Source: Mobula birostris (lineage: Eukaryota). From it: a stretch of DNA of 64,000 bases. Shown here in pieces: positions 26,026 to 37,626 of this stretch (positions within the stretch are counted from its first letter, which is position 1; each line of letters starts with the position of its first letter). A program made the position numbers and the translations under genes. The notes below the pieces were generated by a model, which made no database searches, was not told the origin of the DNA, and worked only from the letters and a program-made list of their open reading frames with translations. The DNA lies in NCBI RefSeq assembly GCF_030028105.1, contig NC_092395.1, positions 42,870,459-42,934,458 on the forward strand. The letters run 5' to 3'.

Positions 26026-27668
26026 CAGGGGTCCCCAATGTTTTTGCACTGTGGACTGGTTTAATATTCACAATATTCTTGCAGACCGGCCAACCGGTGG
26101 AGTGGGGTGCTTTGCAGAGATATGATGTTGGAAATGGAAGCAACGTTTTCAGTGCTTTCGTGGCTATCTTAGGATATGCAGCCTTGACTTTGATCCAGAA
26201 TGCCAGCAGAGATGTTAGGTCAAACATACTTTTCAGCCCACCGTCATTTGCAAGCTCAAGGAGTTGATCTTCCCGCGCTAACATGGATGATTCACTGGGG
26301 ACATTCACAAATGGGTCACGAACCCATTCCTTTGCACGTCTTGGGTCATTTGCGGTTGGGAAGTAACACTCAGATTCTGTTGACAGCGAAGATAGGTGAT
26401 CGCGCACCAGCTGTGAGAAGGACAGTGCAGCCTCAGTCTCTCCCAAATTCCCAGCTAATGTTGGGAACATGTCAAATATGCCTCTGTCCACTCGCTGTCC
26501 CCACATTTCCAGTTTGGCTTTGAAAGCAGACACTTTATCTGCCAACTTGAAGACAGTTGTCATTCTCCCCTGAAGTGACAAAGTGAGTTCACTGAGCAGG
26601 CTGACGATGTCACACAGATAAACGAGTTTTGCTATCCACTTCTTGTCACTGAAGTGTGCTGCCAGTGGTGACTTTTTTTTCCTGAGAGAAGTCTCTGTAG
26701 CTGCTCTCTTAACTCAAAAACCCTGGCCAGGGCAATCCCCCTTGATAGCCACCTGACTTCAATGTGTAAGAGAAGGCATTCATGCTCTGCATCAATTTCC
26801 TCGCAAAGCTGCTCAAACAGACGTGAGTTAAGGGCTTTTCCTTTTCAACAACGTCACTCATTACTCTGTTAAGATCAGGTGACATGTTTCGGCTAGCCAG
26901 CATTTCCCTGTGTGTGACACTGTGTGTAGACTGGCATTCAGGAGAAAGTTCTTTGACTCAGGTAGTGAAACCAGACAAGCTGCAGCTTCTCCCAACAGTT
27001 CACGGCACATGTCCTTGGCAGCAGGCAGAATCAATTCTTCACCAACAGTGGAGGGCTTCTTAGCCCTAGCAATACGGCTAGCCAGTAAGTACAACGCTCT
27101 CAGAGCAGCAGCATTTGTGGAGGTGGTGGTTCTCAGCACTTGCTTCTGTCCCGCTTGCTCACATTTTCTCCGCTCAGAAAACTCAACAGGTTTGTCTTTA
27201 AGTGCAGGGTGCTTGGACTCAAGATGCCGAAGCAGTTTTGAGGGCTTCATTGCCTCATTAGGCAGCTTGTCTTCATATATCACACACGGTGGTCTTGGAG
27301 TGTGTGAGTCACCAGTCGCAATAAAGCCATATTTTATGTACGACTCGTCGAATTTTCTGTTAAAGGAAGCTTTCTGTTTTTTTGCAGTCTCGACCTCAAC
27401 TGTCACTGCGTTATCATCATCGTTAGGCCCTTTATGTCCCCTACCACCTCCTCCAAAGAAACTCTCAAGTGACGTTTGTTTTTGACTAATTGAGTAGTTG
27501 TAGGTTAATGATCGACTGATGACCTTGCGTGCGTTCAAGTTCAGCAGTGGGCGTGACAGGGAATGAGGAAAGATGCAGCTGACTCATATCATTTCATATT
27601 GCCAAATCATATCGTTTCCTCGTGGCCTGGTAGCACATGCTTTGTGGCCCGATGGCTGAGGACCACTG
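26026..27668 (-). mobile_element. Internally deleted hAT (Charlie/Buster, ZBED8-like) DNA transposon
   Basis: TIRs CAGGGGTCCCC / GGACCACTG; 8-bp TSD ACATAGAT/ACATAGAC; BED-like EAMKPSKLLRHLESKH and C-terminal dimerisation ATKALKTLLPFPTSYLC segments. Confidence 0.9.
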
Positions 27669-28769
27669 ACATAGACATATTGTTCCCCTTCAAGATCAGC
27701 AAATAAAAATTTTAAATTCGAAGTTTAAACTAGGGGGAAAGGAACAAAACTGGGAGCAGCACAAAAACTGCTGCTACTCCATTTACAGACAGGCGCAGTC
27801 TCCCGACCATAGAGGGACAATTTATCAATTAAATGTGGTGGTGGTTGTGGGGGGGGGGGGGGGGTAGGAGGTGGTGCTGTTACCATGAGCCTGAGCAACT
27901 ACACAAAATCAAAACACACGATTTCACATCCTTCTTCATCCCACTCGTCAATCAGGGGCTATTCCTGAAACTGGAAGCAACAACACACATGATGCATCAT
28001 CGAATGCCACTGTCCTGGAGGGGCAAGTACAAACAAAAGTGCCCTCACTGAGCATTAGCCTAACGTGCACCCGATAAGCATCATGTCAGCACAGCCAGAA
28101 AGGGACAATGAGAATTTTGAGGCTACTGGTGGGGGGTAGGGGTTTGAGGAAATTACTTGTATTTGACCAAGTCACAGCTGCCTTTACAACCCTCCAAAAT
28201 GTGTATAATATGTATACTTGTACAGTGATATTGGGCTGGATGTTCCAGTATCCGTACCAGAGATGACAAAGAAACTGGTCAGGGTAATGAATAACATTGG
28301 AGTAAGTCGGGCTGGGGTGTGGAATGGGGAGGTGGAATCCAGTTTGTCTTGTCCCCATGTGCTGGTCATTTGTTTTAATGATGCTTCTGAAGGAGCCTAG
28401 CAGTGAAACACGATCCTACTCATCCAGACTGATTCCAGCCAGGTTCAGACCGCTGAAACCATGCGGGATTTCACTACCTGCACAGTCCTCGATGTAATGA
28501 TCAGTAGTGGAATATGTCCTTCAGCAGATTGCTACAGAGTGGGGTGGAATAAATCTGCAGTCATTCCTCTCCCCTCACTGACTCTCCAATTGTTATCCCA
28601 CAATTGATCAGCCCACTGGTTTGGACTGCATCTGGTTTTGGCAAAACAGTGCAGAGTGTAACAGAACTCACCAGTCCCAGGGCTACACAGGTTCCCCCTT
28701 ATTCCCATCTACGTCCTACAGAAGCAGTGGGCCATGCATTGGGAATTGTACAAGTATGCTTAGGTAACA

Positions 28770-28950
28770 TGTGAGGGGTGTGGTGCCATGCTGGTATCTC
28801 ACAGCTTCAGTGACCTGGATTTGATCCTGAGCTTGCCCATGAGAAATTTGTATGTTCTCTCTGTGACCACTTGAGTTACCTACTGATACTCAATGTTTGT
28901 TGCACCGTGCAGATATGGGACTGTATATTTCCCTTTAGTGCAATGAAGCA
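28770..28950 (+). mobile_element. Degenerate HE1-like (V-SINE) SINE
   Basis: CACAGCTTCAGTGACCTGGATTTGATCC...TTTGTATGTTCTCTCTGTGACC resembles the shark/ray HE1 SINE head and core. Confidence 0.55.
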
Positions 28951-29759
28951 ACAATAGAACCAAAGGGTGCTTAGTGGCATGAGTGAGTAAAATGGAACTG
29001 GCATCGATGAGGTTATGCTGCTGGGAGCTCCTATGGATCCAATGGGCTGAATGGCCTCATTATGTGTTTTGCTAAATTACAATTGCAGTTACTGCTGTCA
29101 TATTTGGTTACTGATAATTTTTCAGCATAAAATTACTATAAATGATAATTATCTTCCTCCTGTAGGGGGCACTGAGATATCACTAACTGGGAATAGGTTG
29201 CTTTGAGATTTTTCAGGTGGGAGTGGTGGGGCTTGACCATGCATTGTGGATATTTGGTGATTGCGTTTTCTTTCCCAGGAACCTAGTGCTGCAGTGCCTG
29301 TGATGTGGGAAATTGAACCTGGGGTCCAACTTAACACAACGAATGAAAGAGCAGTTAGGAAGGAGAACATTTCTTCCAGACAAGGATGTAGTTTAACCTG
29401 GAGTCAGTATTGCAGGTGTTCAAACACTCGGCCAGCTCCTGACAACTCCACTAAGTTGGACTAGCCCGAGTCCTTCCTCATGATGAGCAGGAAGATTCCA
29501 CGAACCCCTGCCAATCAGATCTGAGTTGGTATTTGGCTACCAACTGAACAATGGATAGAATTGTCCAAGAGGTGGCTGCATGAAGCTATTTTGAAGTGAG
29601 ATCCAGTATTGCTCAGTCATGCGCAATCTTCAGTGATGTGTCATGAATGCATTTAGGTAAATTTCCACATGAACATTGATTTAGATGAAGTAGATTGTTC
29701 ATCGCCTTGAACTTGCTCTGATATTCAATCACATTATGGCTGACCTTATTGAAATCTTA

Positions 29760-32700
29760 AGGTTCCAATATTCTATATTCCAGGTAACCTTTCACCCTCT
29801 TCCTAATTTGAAAGTATCAATTGATTTTACTTCCAAAGCCCCTTGAGAGAAAAATATACAAAGGTTTATGACCCTCTGAGAAAGAAACAAATTTACCTTC
29901 ACGTCTGTCCTAAATGGACAGCCCTCGATTTTTAAACACTAACAATTTGTTCCAGATACTCCTAAAAGAGTAAACATCCTGCCCATAGCCACCCTGCCAG
30001 GACCCACCAGGAGATGATGATCCAATCAATTTCCCTCTAAGTCTTCAAAACTCCAGTGGACACAGACCTCACCTTCCTTCACAAGATGATCTACACCTCA
30101 GAGTACTGAATCCAGTGAAAGGGGAGATTAGAGAGAAAAAGCAGGGTTCCTCCATTCAGGTAGTAAAGCTATTGGAGAGGAATCTTAGGCATTGGATTTT
30201 GTTGCATTTGGAAAAGTATGGGCTTATTACTAATAGGTCAGGATGGCTTTGTGCAGGGCAGATCATGCCTTACAGAATAGACAGGTGTTTGGGGAGGTGA
30301 CAAAGATGATTGATGAGGGTAGAGCAGTAAATGTTGTCTACACAAATTTTTGGAAGGCATTTGATAAGCTCCTTCAGGGAAGCCTGATGCAGAAGATTAA
30401 TTCACATTGGATCCATGATGATTTGTGGACTGGATTTAAAATGAGCTTGCCATAAAAGATGGAGTGTAGTAGTGGACGGGCAATATTCAAGTTGATGGCT
30501 ATGGCCATTGGTGTTCCACAGGTATCTGAGCTGGGACCTCTGTTTTTACGATGTACAGCAAATGACTTGGATGAAAATACAGCCTGTCTGATTAGTAGGC
30601 TTGCAGATGGCAAAAGGAATTCAAAGAGCTTTTGCAGTATACCAGATGTGATCTCAGCAGTGCTCCTTTCAAAAGAAACACAGAATGCTGAATTCAGATA
30701 AGCTACCTGGACCTGATAGATAAGCCACCTGATCCAGATGGACTACACCACAGGTTCTGAAAGGGGTGGCTTAAAGATTGTGGAGGCATTTGTAGTCATT
30801 TTTCAAGAATCATTTGATTCTGGGATGACTTTGGAGGACTGGAAAATTGCAAATGTTACTCCACTCTTTAAGAAAGGAGGGATGTAAAAGACAAGAAAAT
30901 ATAAGCCAGTTTGTCTGCCTTTGGTGGTTGGCAAGATGTTAGAGTCAATTCTTCAGGGTGAGGTTTTGGGGTACTTGGAGACACAGGATAAAACAGGCTA
31001 AAATCAGCATGGTTTCCTCAATGGGAAATCTTGCCTGAAAAATCACTTGGAATTCTTTGAATAAATAAGAGCAGATTCGACTAAGGAGAGTTAGTGTATT
31101 TTTTTTAAAGGATGTTCAGAGGCCTTTGATGAGAGCACATGGATAGAAGATTGGCTGACAGGCAGGAAGCAAAATACGGGAATAAAGAGGGCTGTTCTGA
31201 GCTGACTGCAATGACTGGTGTTGTTCTGCAGGGGTCAGTGTTGGGACCACTTCTTTTCCATTTCTACATTAATGACTTAGATGATGAAATTGATAGTTTT
31301 ATGGGCAAGTTTGTGGACGATACAAAGATAGGTGGAGGGGCAGGTTGTGTTGAGGAAGCAGGGAGTATGCAGAAGGACATTGAAAAATTAGGAAAATGGG
31401 CAAAGAAGTGGGAGATGGAAGACATAAGGAAGTGCATGACTATGCACTTTGGGAGAAGGAATAAAGATTTAGACTATTTTCTTAACAGGGGAAAAAGTTC
31501 AGAAATCAGAGGTGCAAAGGGACTTGGGAGTCATTGTGCAGAATTCCCTGAGGCAAGTCAGTAGTAAGGAAGGCAAATGCAATTTTAGCATTCATTTTGA
31601 GAGGATACAATATAAAAGCAAAAATGTAATGTTGAAGATTTACAAGGTATTAGTCAGACCACACAAGGTGAGTACTGTCAGCAGTTTTGGTCCCCCCTAA
31701 CTGGAAAAAGTTGTACTGGCAATGTAGAAGAGGTTCATGAGAGTGCTCGCTGGAATGAAAAGGTTAACATATGATGGGTGTTTGATGGCTCTGCACCTGG
31801 ACTCAGTGGAGTTTAGAAGAATGAGGAAGGGATCAAATTGAATTCTATCGAATATTGAAAAGCCAAGTGTGTCACAAGAGGTGCGCTGGTAGCGGACCCA
31901 AATGCAAGACACAGACACTGAAGTACAAGGAACAGGACTTGACTAGAGTAGGGACATGACAGGATACAGACAAGGAGCAGGGACAAGAATGCAGGCTAGT
32001 GCTTGGACCCCAAGCCAGAGACTGAACAAGGACCCAGAGCCTGGGTCTTGTCTTGGGCTTGGGCCCCAGAACCAGGCATGGATATGACATGACTGCAGGA
32101 CTGGAGGCTGGGGTCTTGGTCTCGAGGCTTGGAGACAGGCCTGGGGTCTTGGTCTCCAGGCCTCCAGGCTGGGGTCTTGGTCTTGAGGCCTCCAGGCTGG
32201 GTTATGGACTCTGAGCCAGAGACTGGGTAAGGACCAAGAACCTGGGACTTGACTCAGGCTTGGACTCCAGAACTGGGCGAGGACAAGACGTGGCTACAGG
32301 GCTGGACATGGCTTGGGTGAGGAACTCCTAGGTAGGGTGAGACACAAGGACAGGTAAAGGCACATGGACAGGACTCGGATAGGACAGGACTAGGCACAGA
32401 CTGGACAATAGTCTTCAGGAGCACTGAACCTTGGATTAGAAGAGACAGGAGCACAGAACACAGAGCCAGGACCCTTTCTTGGAAACAGGACGTAGGGCTG
32501 GGGCTCACACACATAACAGAGCCAGGACCCCTCCTTGGGAAGAGGACATAGGGCCAGGACTGATACACAGAACACTGAACATGAAGAGACAGATCCCGAC
32601 ACAAGGTGGCAGCAAATGGCCGGACAAACCTAGCAAAGACATGGACACAGAGAGACAATTCCACACAACGAAAGACAGTTCCTTATCTTGACCTAACCAG

Positions 32701-33352
32701 GCTCCGGTCTTGCTCCGGCGGTAAAACTTCAGCAATGCAGGCTGGGTATCCAGGCCAGGTGAGCAGGCAGAGTCAGGCAAGGGGGGAAAAGACAGGGAGG
32801 GGAACAGGACAGTCCAGCAGGGAATCCCTGGTTCGCAGAGGAATTTATGTCTCAGCCCCAAAACGAGAAACTTGTGCCCACAACAGAAACTGGGGAAAAC
32901 CAGAAACCCCGGAACAAGGAACCATGGACCGGACCGTGAACCGGAACACGGACTTCACGGACCGGACCATGACAAAGTGAAGTGGATGTGGAGAGGATGT
33001 TTCCAATATTTGGAGAATATAGGACTAGGGAGCAGAGCCTCATAATACGAGGATGTCCCTTTAGAACAGAGATGAAAAAGGAATTTCCTTATCCAGAGGG
33101 TGATGAATCTATTGAAGCTTTTGCCACAGGCAGCCTTGGAGGCCATGATAAAGGTTATATTTAAAATAGAGGTTGATAGGTTATTGATTAGTAAGGGTGT
33201 CAAAGCATATGGGGAGAAAGCAGGTGAATGGGGTTCAGACGGATAATGAATCGACCATGAATCAATGGGGTTGAAAAGGATAATAAATCGAACAAGACAG
33301 AGCAGACTCGATGGGTCAAATAGCCTAATTCTGCTCCTATGTCTTATGGTCT
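29760..33352 (+). mobile_element. Cluster of CR1 fragments (mostly +; a - fragment near 29760-30100), split by a solo LTR
   Basis: VPQVSELGPLF, QGSVLGPLLFHFYINDLD, KFVDDTKIGG, LVRPH motifs; 3' tail TATGTCTTATGGTCTTATGG near 33340-33358. Confidence 0.85.
31870..32974 (-). mobile_element. Solo LTR (family B)
   Basis: TGTCAC...CATGACA termini; perfect 5-bp TSD AAGTG; reverse complement of the LTRs at 46851 and 58605. Confidence 0.9.
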
Positions 33353-33671
33353 TATGGAGATCTTATAGTGGAAGGAAGATTCCTGATGAAGCAGCAAACA
33401 TGCTTGGGTTGAATGTATTCCATGAGGAACTGCTGCAGCGATATCATGAGCCTGGGACGTTTGAAGTACAACAACCACAACATCTTTCTTCAGGTGAGAT
33501 ATGATTCCAGTCACTGGTGTGCTTTACTCATGATACCCCATTGATTTCAGTGTTACCAGAACTTGATGGCATGATTGAGGAGAACAGAACGGGCACCAAT
33601 GGGGTTGCTCTGTTGGGACCTTGCATGGACCCAACGGGCTGAATGGCCTCATTATGTGTTTTGATAAATTG

Positions 33672-33960
33672 CACCATAAGACCACAACACATAGGAGCAG
33701 AAACAGGTCATTCAGCTCATCTGCTCCGGTATTCCATCATGGCTGATTTATTATCCCTCTCATTCCCATTCTTCTGCCTTCTCCGCGTACACGTTGACGC
33801 GTTTACTTATCAAGTAACTGTCAATCTGCATTTTAAGTATACTTCTTGACTTGGCCAGCACAGCCAACTGTCGCAATGAATTCCACAGACTCACCACCCT
33901 CTCGCTGAAGAAATTCCTCCTGATCTCTGTTCGAAAGGGACGCCTTTGTTTTCTGAGACT
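33672..33960 (-). mobile_element. CR1 3' end
   Basis: CATAGGAGCAGAAACAGGTCATTCAGC 3' UTR and NEFHRLTTLSLKKFLL antisense signature. Confidence 0.75.
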
Positions 33961-35219
33961 GTTCCCTCTCGGGGAGTGCAGCTTGGGAACATGTCGGTGT
34001 GAGGTTTCTTTGTGTGATGGGAATGGTGGGTTTTGCCCATTGCAGGCTGGTGTTTTAGTGAGTGTGCTTTCTTTCTCAGGAATTCAGCGCCGCAGTGCCT
34101 GTGCTGTTGGAAATTGAACCTGGGAATTCCCCTCCAATCTACCTTTCTATGCATGTGCAAATGGCACGGATCAAACTGCCAGCTGTACCAGGATTGCTGG
34201 GTCTCTCTTTACTTCGCCTCTGTCACCCATCCTTCTTTCCATCCATCCCATCTCTCCTTCCCTCCCTCTATATCTCTCTTTCTCTGACACACACACTCTT
34301 CCTCCCTCTGCCACCACTCTCATGCTCCTCAGAATGAACAGCAGCAGGGAAGCAGCCATTGTTTGAAATCCCGGACTGAATCGCCCAATGGTGACTACCC
34401 CGTCCATCGAAGTAACGGCAAGAGGGTGAGGGGGAGGTCAGCGGCGGTGGGCTGTGAGGGAGTTGCTGGGGAGGGAGAGGAAGGATCAAAGTCGGAACAG
34501 GGTTCGGCAAATGGATGCAGTGGCGCTGCAGATCGAGAGAGGGTGAGGGTTCAGCCTAGGAAGCATTGATCGGAGTGGGAAGGAGAAGGGAAGGAGGGCG
34601 AGGGTATGGCTGGGAGAGCAGTGGAAAGGGGACCAGTAGCTGACGTGAAATAAACCCTGAACTACTCTGTCTCTGGACTCCTGTAGCTGCATACCATCAC
34701 CCAAAAGATATCTGAGGAACAGTATTTCAACTTATTACTGGGAAGTTTACATCCCTTGTGACCCAACCATTTCAGAAACCCAGACTTTCTAGTTTGTGTC
34801 AGTATTTGTCATTTCTGGCGAAACCTTATTAGCCCAGAACGTAATACAATTTATTCCTCTCTCCACCAATGCTGTCCCAGAAACTGAATATTTGCAGCCA
34901 CGTTTTTGTTCATTTCCTTTATTAACCTTTCCAACATCCACTGCTTTGTTCTCATTTTTTCATCGCAGCCTAACAGTCAACCCACCACCCTGACCCGATT
35001 CTTTCCAGTAAATCCGCAATGGAACTTCCCGTCATTCGTTGCTGATATTCGGTGTCCAAGGCTGCCGGAGAGATTTCCTGAACTTCGCGAAACCAGGACT
35101 CGAACCAGAACAGAGAGACTTGTCTCCTCTCTCTTTCCTCCTCCCACTTGATGTTAGAACTGGAAAAACACAAAAGATGATGAGACGCACACATGGAAAT
35201 CATTCCTGCACTGATCATA

Positions 35220-35225
35220 TTTATT
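35220..35225 (-). terminator. Polyadenylation signal of IgL C1
   Basis: AATAAA on the minus strand ~340 nt past the C1 stop (a second at 35284-35289); both conserved in cluster 2 near 39716-39784. Confidence 0.55.
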
Positions 35226-35564
35226 GGTAGTTAGTCACCGTTGCCGTCTGAAAGTCTGATACTGATGACGAGTCACAAAAACATTTATTAATCATTCTAA
35301 TTAATCCAAACCTAATTTCAGAGAAACCGTTCAGCGCCTGAAATTTCCAAAAGCAAAGTAACTGTCCGTGTAGCCTCTCAGTAGGAAAAAGAACAAAATC
35401 CGCCTCCACTCAGAGTACAAATATTCCAACATCAAAGTGGAAACTACAGAGAGCGGAACAGAAGGGAAGTACAGGGAAGAGCGAGTAAGATTGGTAGAGG
35501 TGAAAGATACAAGGCCATGATCTCCCGTTAATCGGGAACAAACAAGGCCGAAGCCGCGTTCTGT

Positions 35565-35887
35565 TTAACAGCTGGATTGTGTGACTGTTGCGGATATTGT
35601 CGAGGCTGCTCCTTGTTGAACTGAGCAGGAGTACCTCTTCCCACTGCTCCAGTCTGCGCCGGGCACCGTCAGGTAGCTGCTGAGACTGAAGGTTTTGTCC
35701 GCGTTCTGAGTCACCCCGCTGGTTTGCACCTCACTGCTCGTCGGACTGTCGTTCACTGTCCAGCTGACGACAGAGAAGCCCATCGACAATTTACTGACCA
35801 GGCAAACTAAGGTGCCAGATCCTTTAGCGGAGATCTCCTCGGCTGACGGCCCAAGCAGTTTCACCGAAGGGTCCGGGAGTTGCCGAG
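35565..35887 (-). CDS. IgL: Immunoglobulin light-chain constant exon, sigma-like (C1, intact)
   Basis: Acceptor ttcag then (A)RQLPDPSVKLLGPSAEEISAKGSGTLVCLVSKLSMGFSVVSWTVN...FSLSSYLTVPGADWSSGKRYSCSV...QSSC*; 323 nt, phase 1, C-terminal Cys. Isotype inferred from recalled motifs. Confidence 0.95.
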
Positions 35888-36246
35888 CTGAACGAGAACA
35901 AAAAAATGATGTGTTTCAAAATGCGAAAGATCTCTCGTCTTTTTTTTTACGAAACAAAGTTTATTTACATCATATATACGCCAAGTCCAGACTTTCAATA
36001 TTTACAAGATAGTAAGTATACTTAGATTAAAATATGGTTACTACCGTCTATAAAACAGTCCAAACCCCGTGGGGTTAATCTCTCCCGGGTCCTCTACAAT
36101 TTGACAGAGCGCAAGTAAAAGGTTTCAGGTTCATTGCGTGGGGCTGCGAGTCTCACTGAAAGACAGCGCAGTGCCCATGGAGGACAGTGCGTATTGCTTA
36201 TACTGCAACACTGGAAATCTACCCAACGGGTGAGGCTTTTTGGCGC

Positions 36247-36262
36247 TGAGTCATTCCCGGAA
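36247..36262. promoter_or_regulatory. Adjacent AP-1 (TGAGTCA) and STAT/GAS (TTCCCGGAA) sites in the J-C intron
   Basis: Exact consensus matches back to back; the homologous position in cluster 2 keeps TTCTCTGAA (40617-40625). Confidence 0.4.
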
Positions 36263-37171
36263 TTGAGAGACAGACTGGCATCAAAGCGCCCCCAGAGTAG
36301 TTAAGTGCCCACTCTCTGTTCCATCTCTGTGACACGTTCCTCCTCTTCACTCCGACCCACCCACCCGTCACTAATGGCCCAGCTTCTGCAGGGAGAAAAA
36401 ATATCTCACAATCTGCTCTGCCCCAATGGACGAGAGCACCAAAAGCGCGGTCCTGAGCTCCATGGATCGGGGCAGGGTAGGTCGTTCTGTGATTTGTGAT
36501 GATGTCGAAGGATTCGGCTCCCACTCACTGTGCGGATTGGGAGATTGGATTCTCCGCAAGAGCTCTGGCCATAGTCGGTGTAGTGCCGAGATCGCTGAAA
36601 AGTGGTTCCCCCGAAAGGAACAGCGCTCAAATGAGCAGGTGGAGAGGAGGCGAGGGCTGGACACTGGGAGAGGGTATTTTAATTGATGGGTGCTGGAGGA
36701 GAGTTCCACCTTCACTGGGAGGACAGCAAGTCCAGTAAGTGTCCGAGGGATGTTTCGCGGGATGTGCTAAACAATAACTTGAAACTTGTCGTTCTAATGT
36801 ATTGTCATGGACTGTCTTCAGTCGGCAGCGTCCTGCCCCACTGTGTCCCTTCTCTTTCGTTCCTATCAAAGCAACACAAAAACTGACAAACTAACACTGG
36901 AACAGAAATAACACTAATGTTCAGAAAATGTTAAATCATAGTTTGTCCGGAAACACAACCGAGAAGAGAAATGTTTCATTATGAGAAGGTAACAATTCAC
37001 CAAACACAACTCTGTCCCGTAAAACTGACGCTGAACTCGAAACACGATTAAATTGTACATCAATATTTTCACTTTAATATTCGCTAGGCATTTATAACGT
37101 ATAAATTATTAATTGCCGTGTGGCCGTATTTATGCAGTGGTTATTGCAGGAGATATTTCCCAGACACCTAC

Positions 37172-37527
37172 CTGTAACAAAAAGCTTTGTCCCACGGCCG
37201 AACACTAAGTACTGGTTTGTGTAACCCACTTTCCGCAGTAATAGACGGCAGCGCCATTCATCTCCACACTGTTTATGATTAACTGATACACAGTGCCGGC
37301 GCTGTTGGCTGTCGACGTGAAACGGTCACTGCTAATCCCAGGGTCGTAGTTTGGGCTATTCCAGGAAACATGGTAATTTAGGATCCATTGTGGAATTGTT
37401 CCCGGAGTCTGCTTGTACCAGTTCACATGATTGCCATCCTTTGTCCCGATGTCACAATTCAGCGTGGCCGTGGCTCCCGGTCTCTCCGACACGGTCGGAG
37501 TCTGAGTCAGGGTCTGGGACTCTCCAG
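37172..37527 (-). pseudogene. IgL: Germline-joined V-J exon of a sigma-like Ig light chain, out of frame by 1 nt as assembled
   Basis: V: QTLTQ..LNCDIG..VNWYKQ..long CDR2..DRFTS..YQLII..AAVYYC runs directly into J (LV)FGRGTKLFVT(G) with GTAGGT donor; 32 nt between the Cys codon and the FG codon; no RSS in between. Confidence 0.92.
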
Positions 37528-37626
37528 CTGTGAAAGACAAGAATTCAACTTTAACATTGACACTTTAATGTGACCCCAAGACCCACCTCAGCCACCACTG
37601 GGTGCTGACTTGCTGTCTGTACTCAC

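Larger units (their letters stand above)
19735..27780 (-). mobile_element. Near full-length degenerate L1-clade LINE (5' UTR, ORF1, ORF2) with nested Penelope, RTE and hAT insertions
   Basis: ORF1 start MSTRRGKNL at 26021 and LRYPTRIKVF C-terminus; ORF2 endonuclease (ISDHAPL), KAPGLDGHPVEFYKKF, RT and CDRC..ATL..MFWSC; 5' UTR resumes at 27669 after the hAT. Confidence 0.9.

Noticed and set aside
26910-27485. 191-aa plus-strand ORF
   Set aside because: Antisense shadow of the hAT transposase; the same applies to many ORFs opposite the Gypsy pol regions.
33381-33391. CUGAUGA hammerhead-core lookalike (also 46171-46180)
   Set aside because: No stem II or GAAAC follows.
37289-37295. CACAGTG heptamer inside V framework 3
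   Set aside because: No nonamer at 12 or 23 nt; explained by the coding sequence GTVY.
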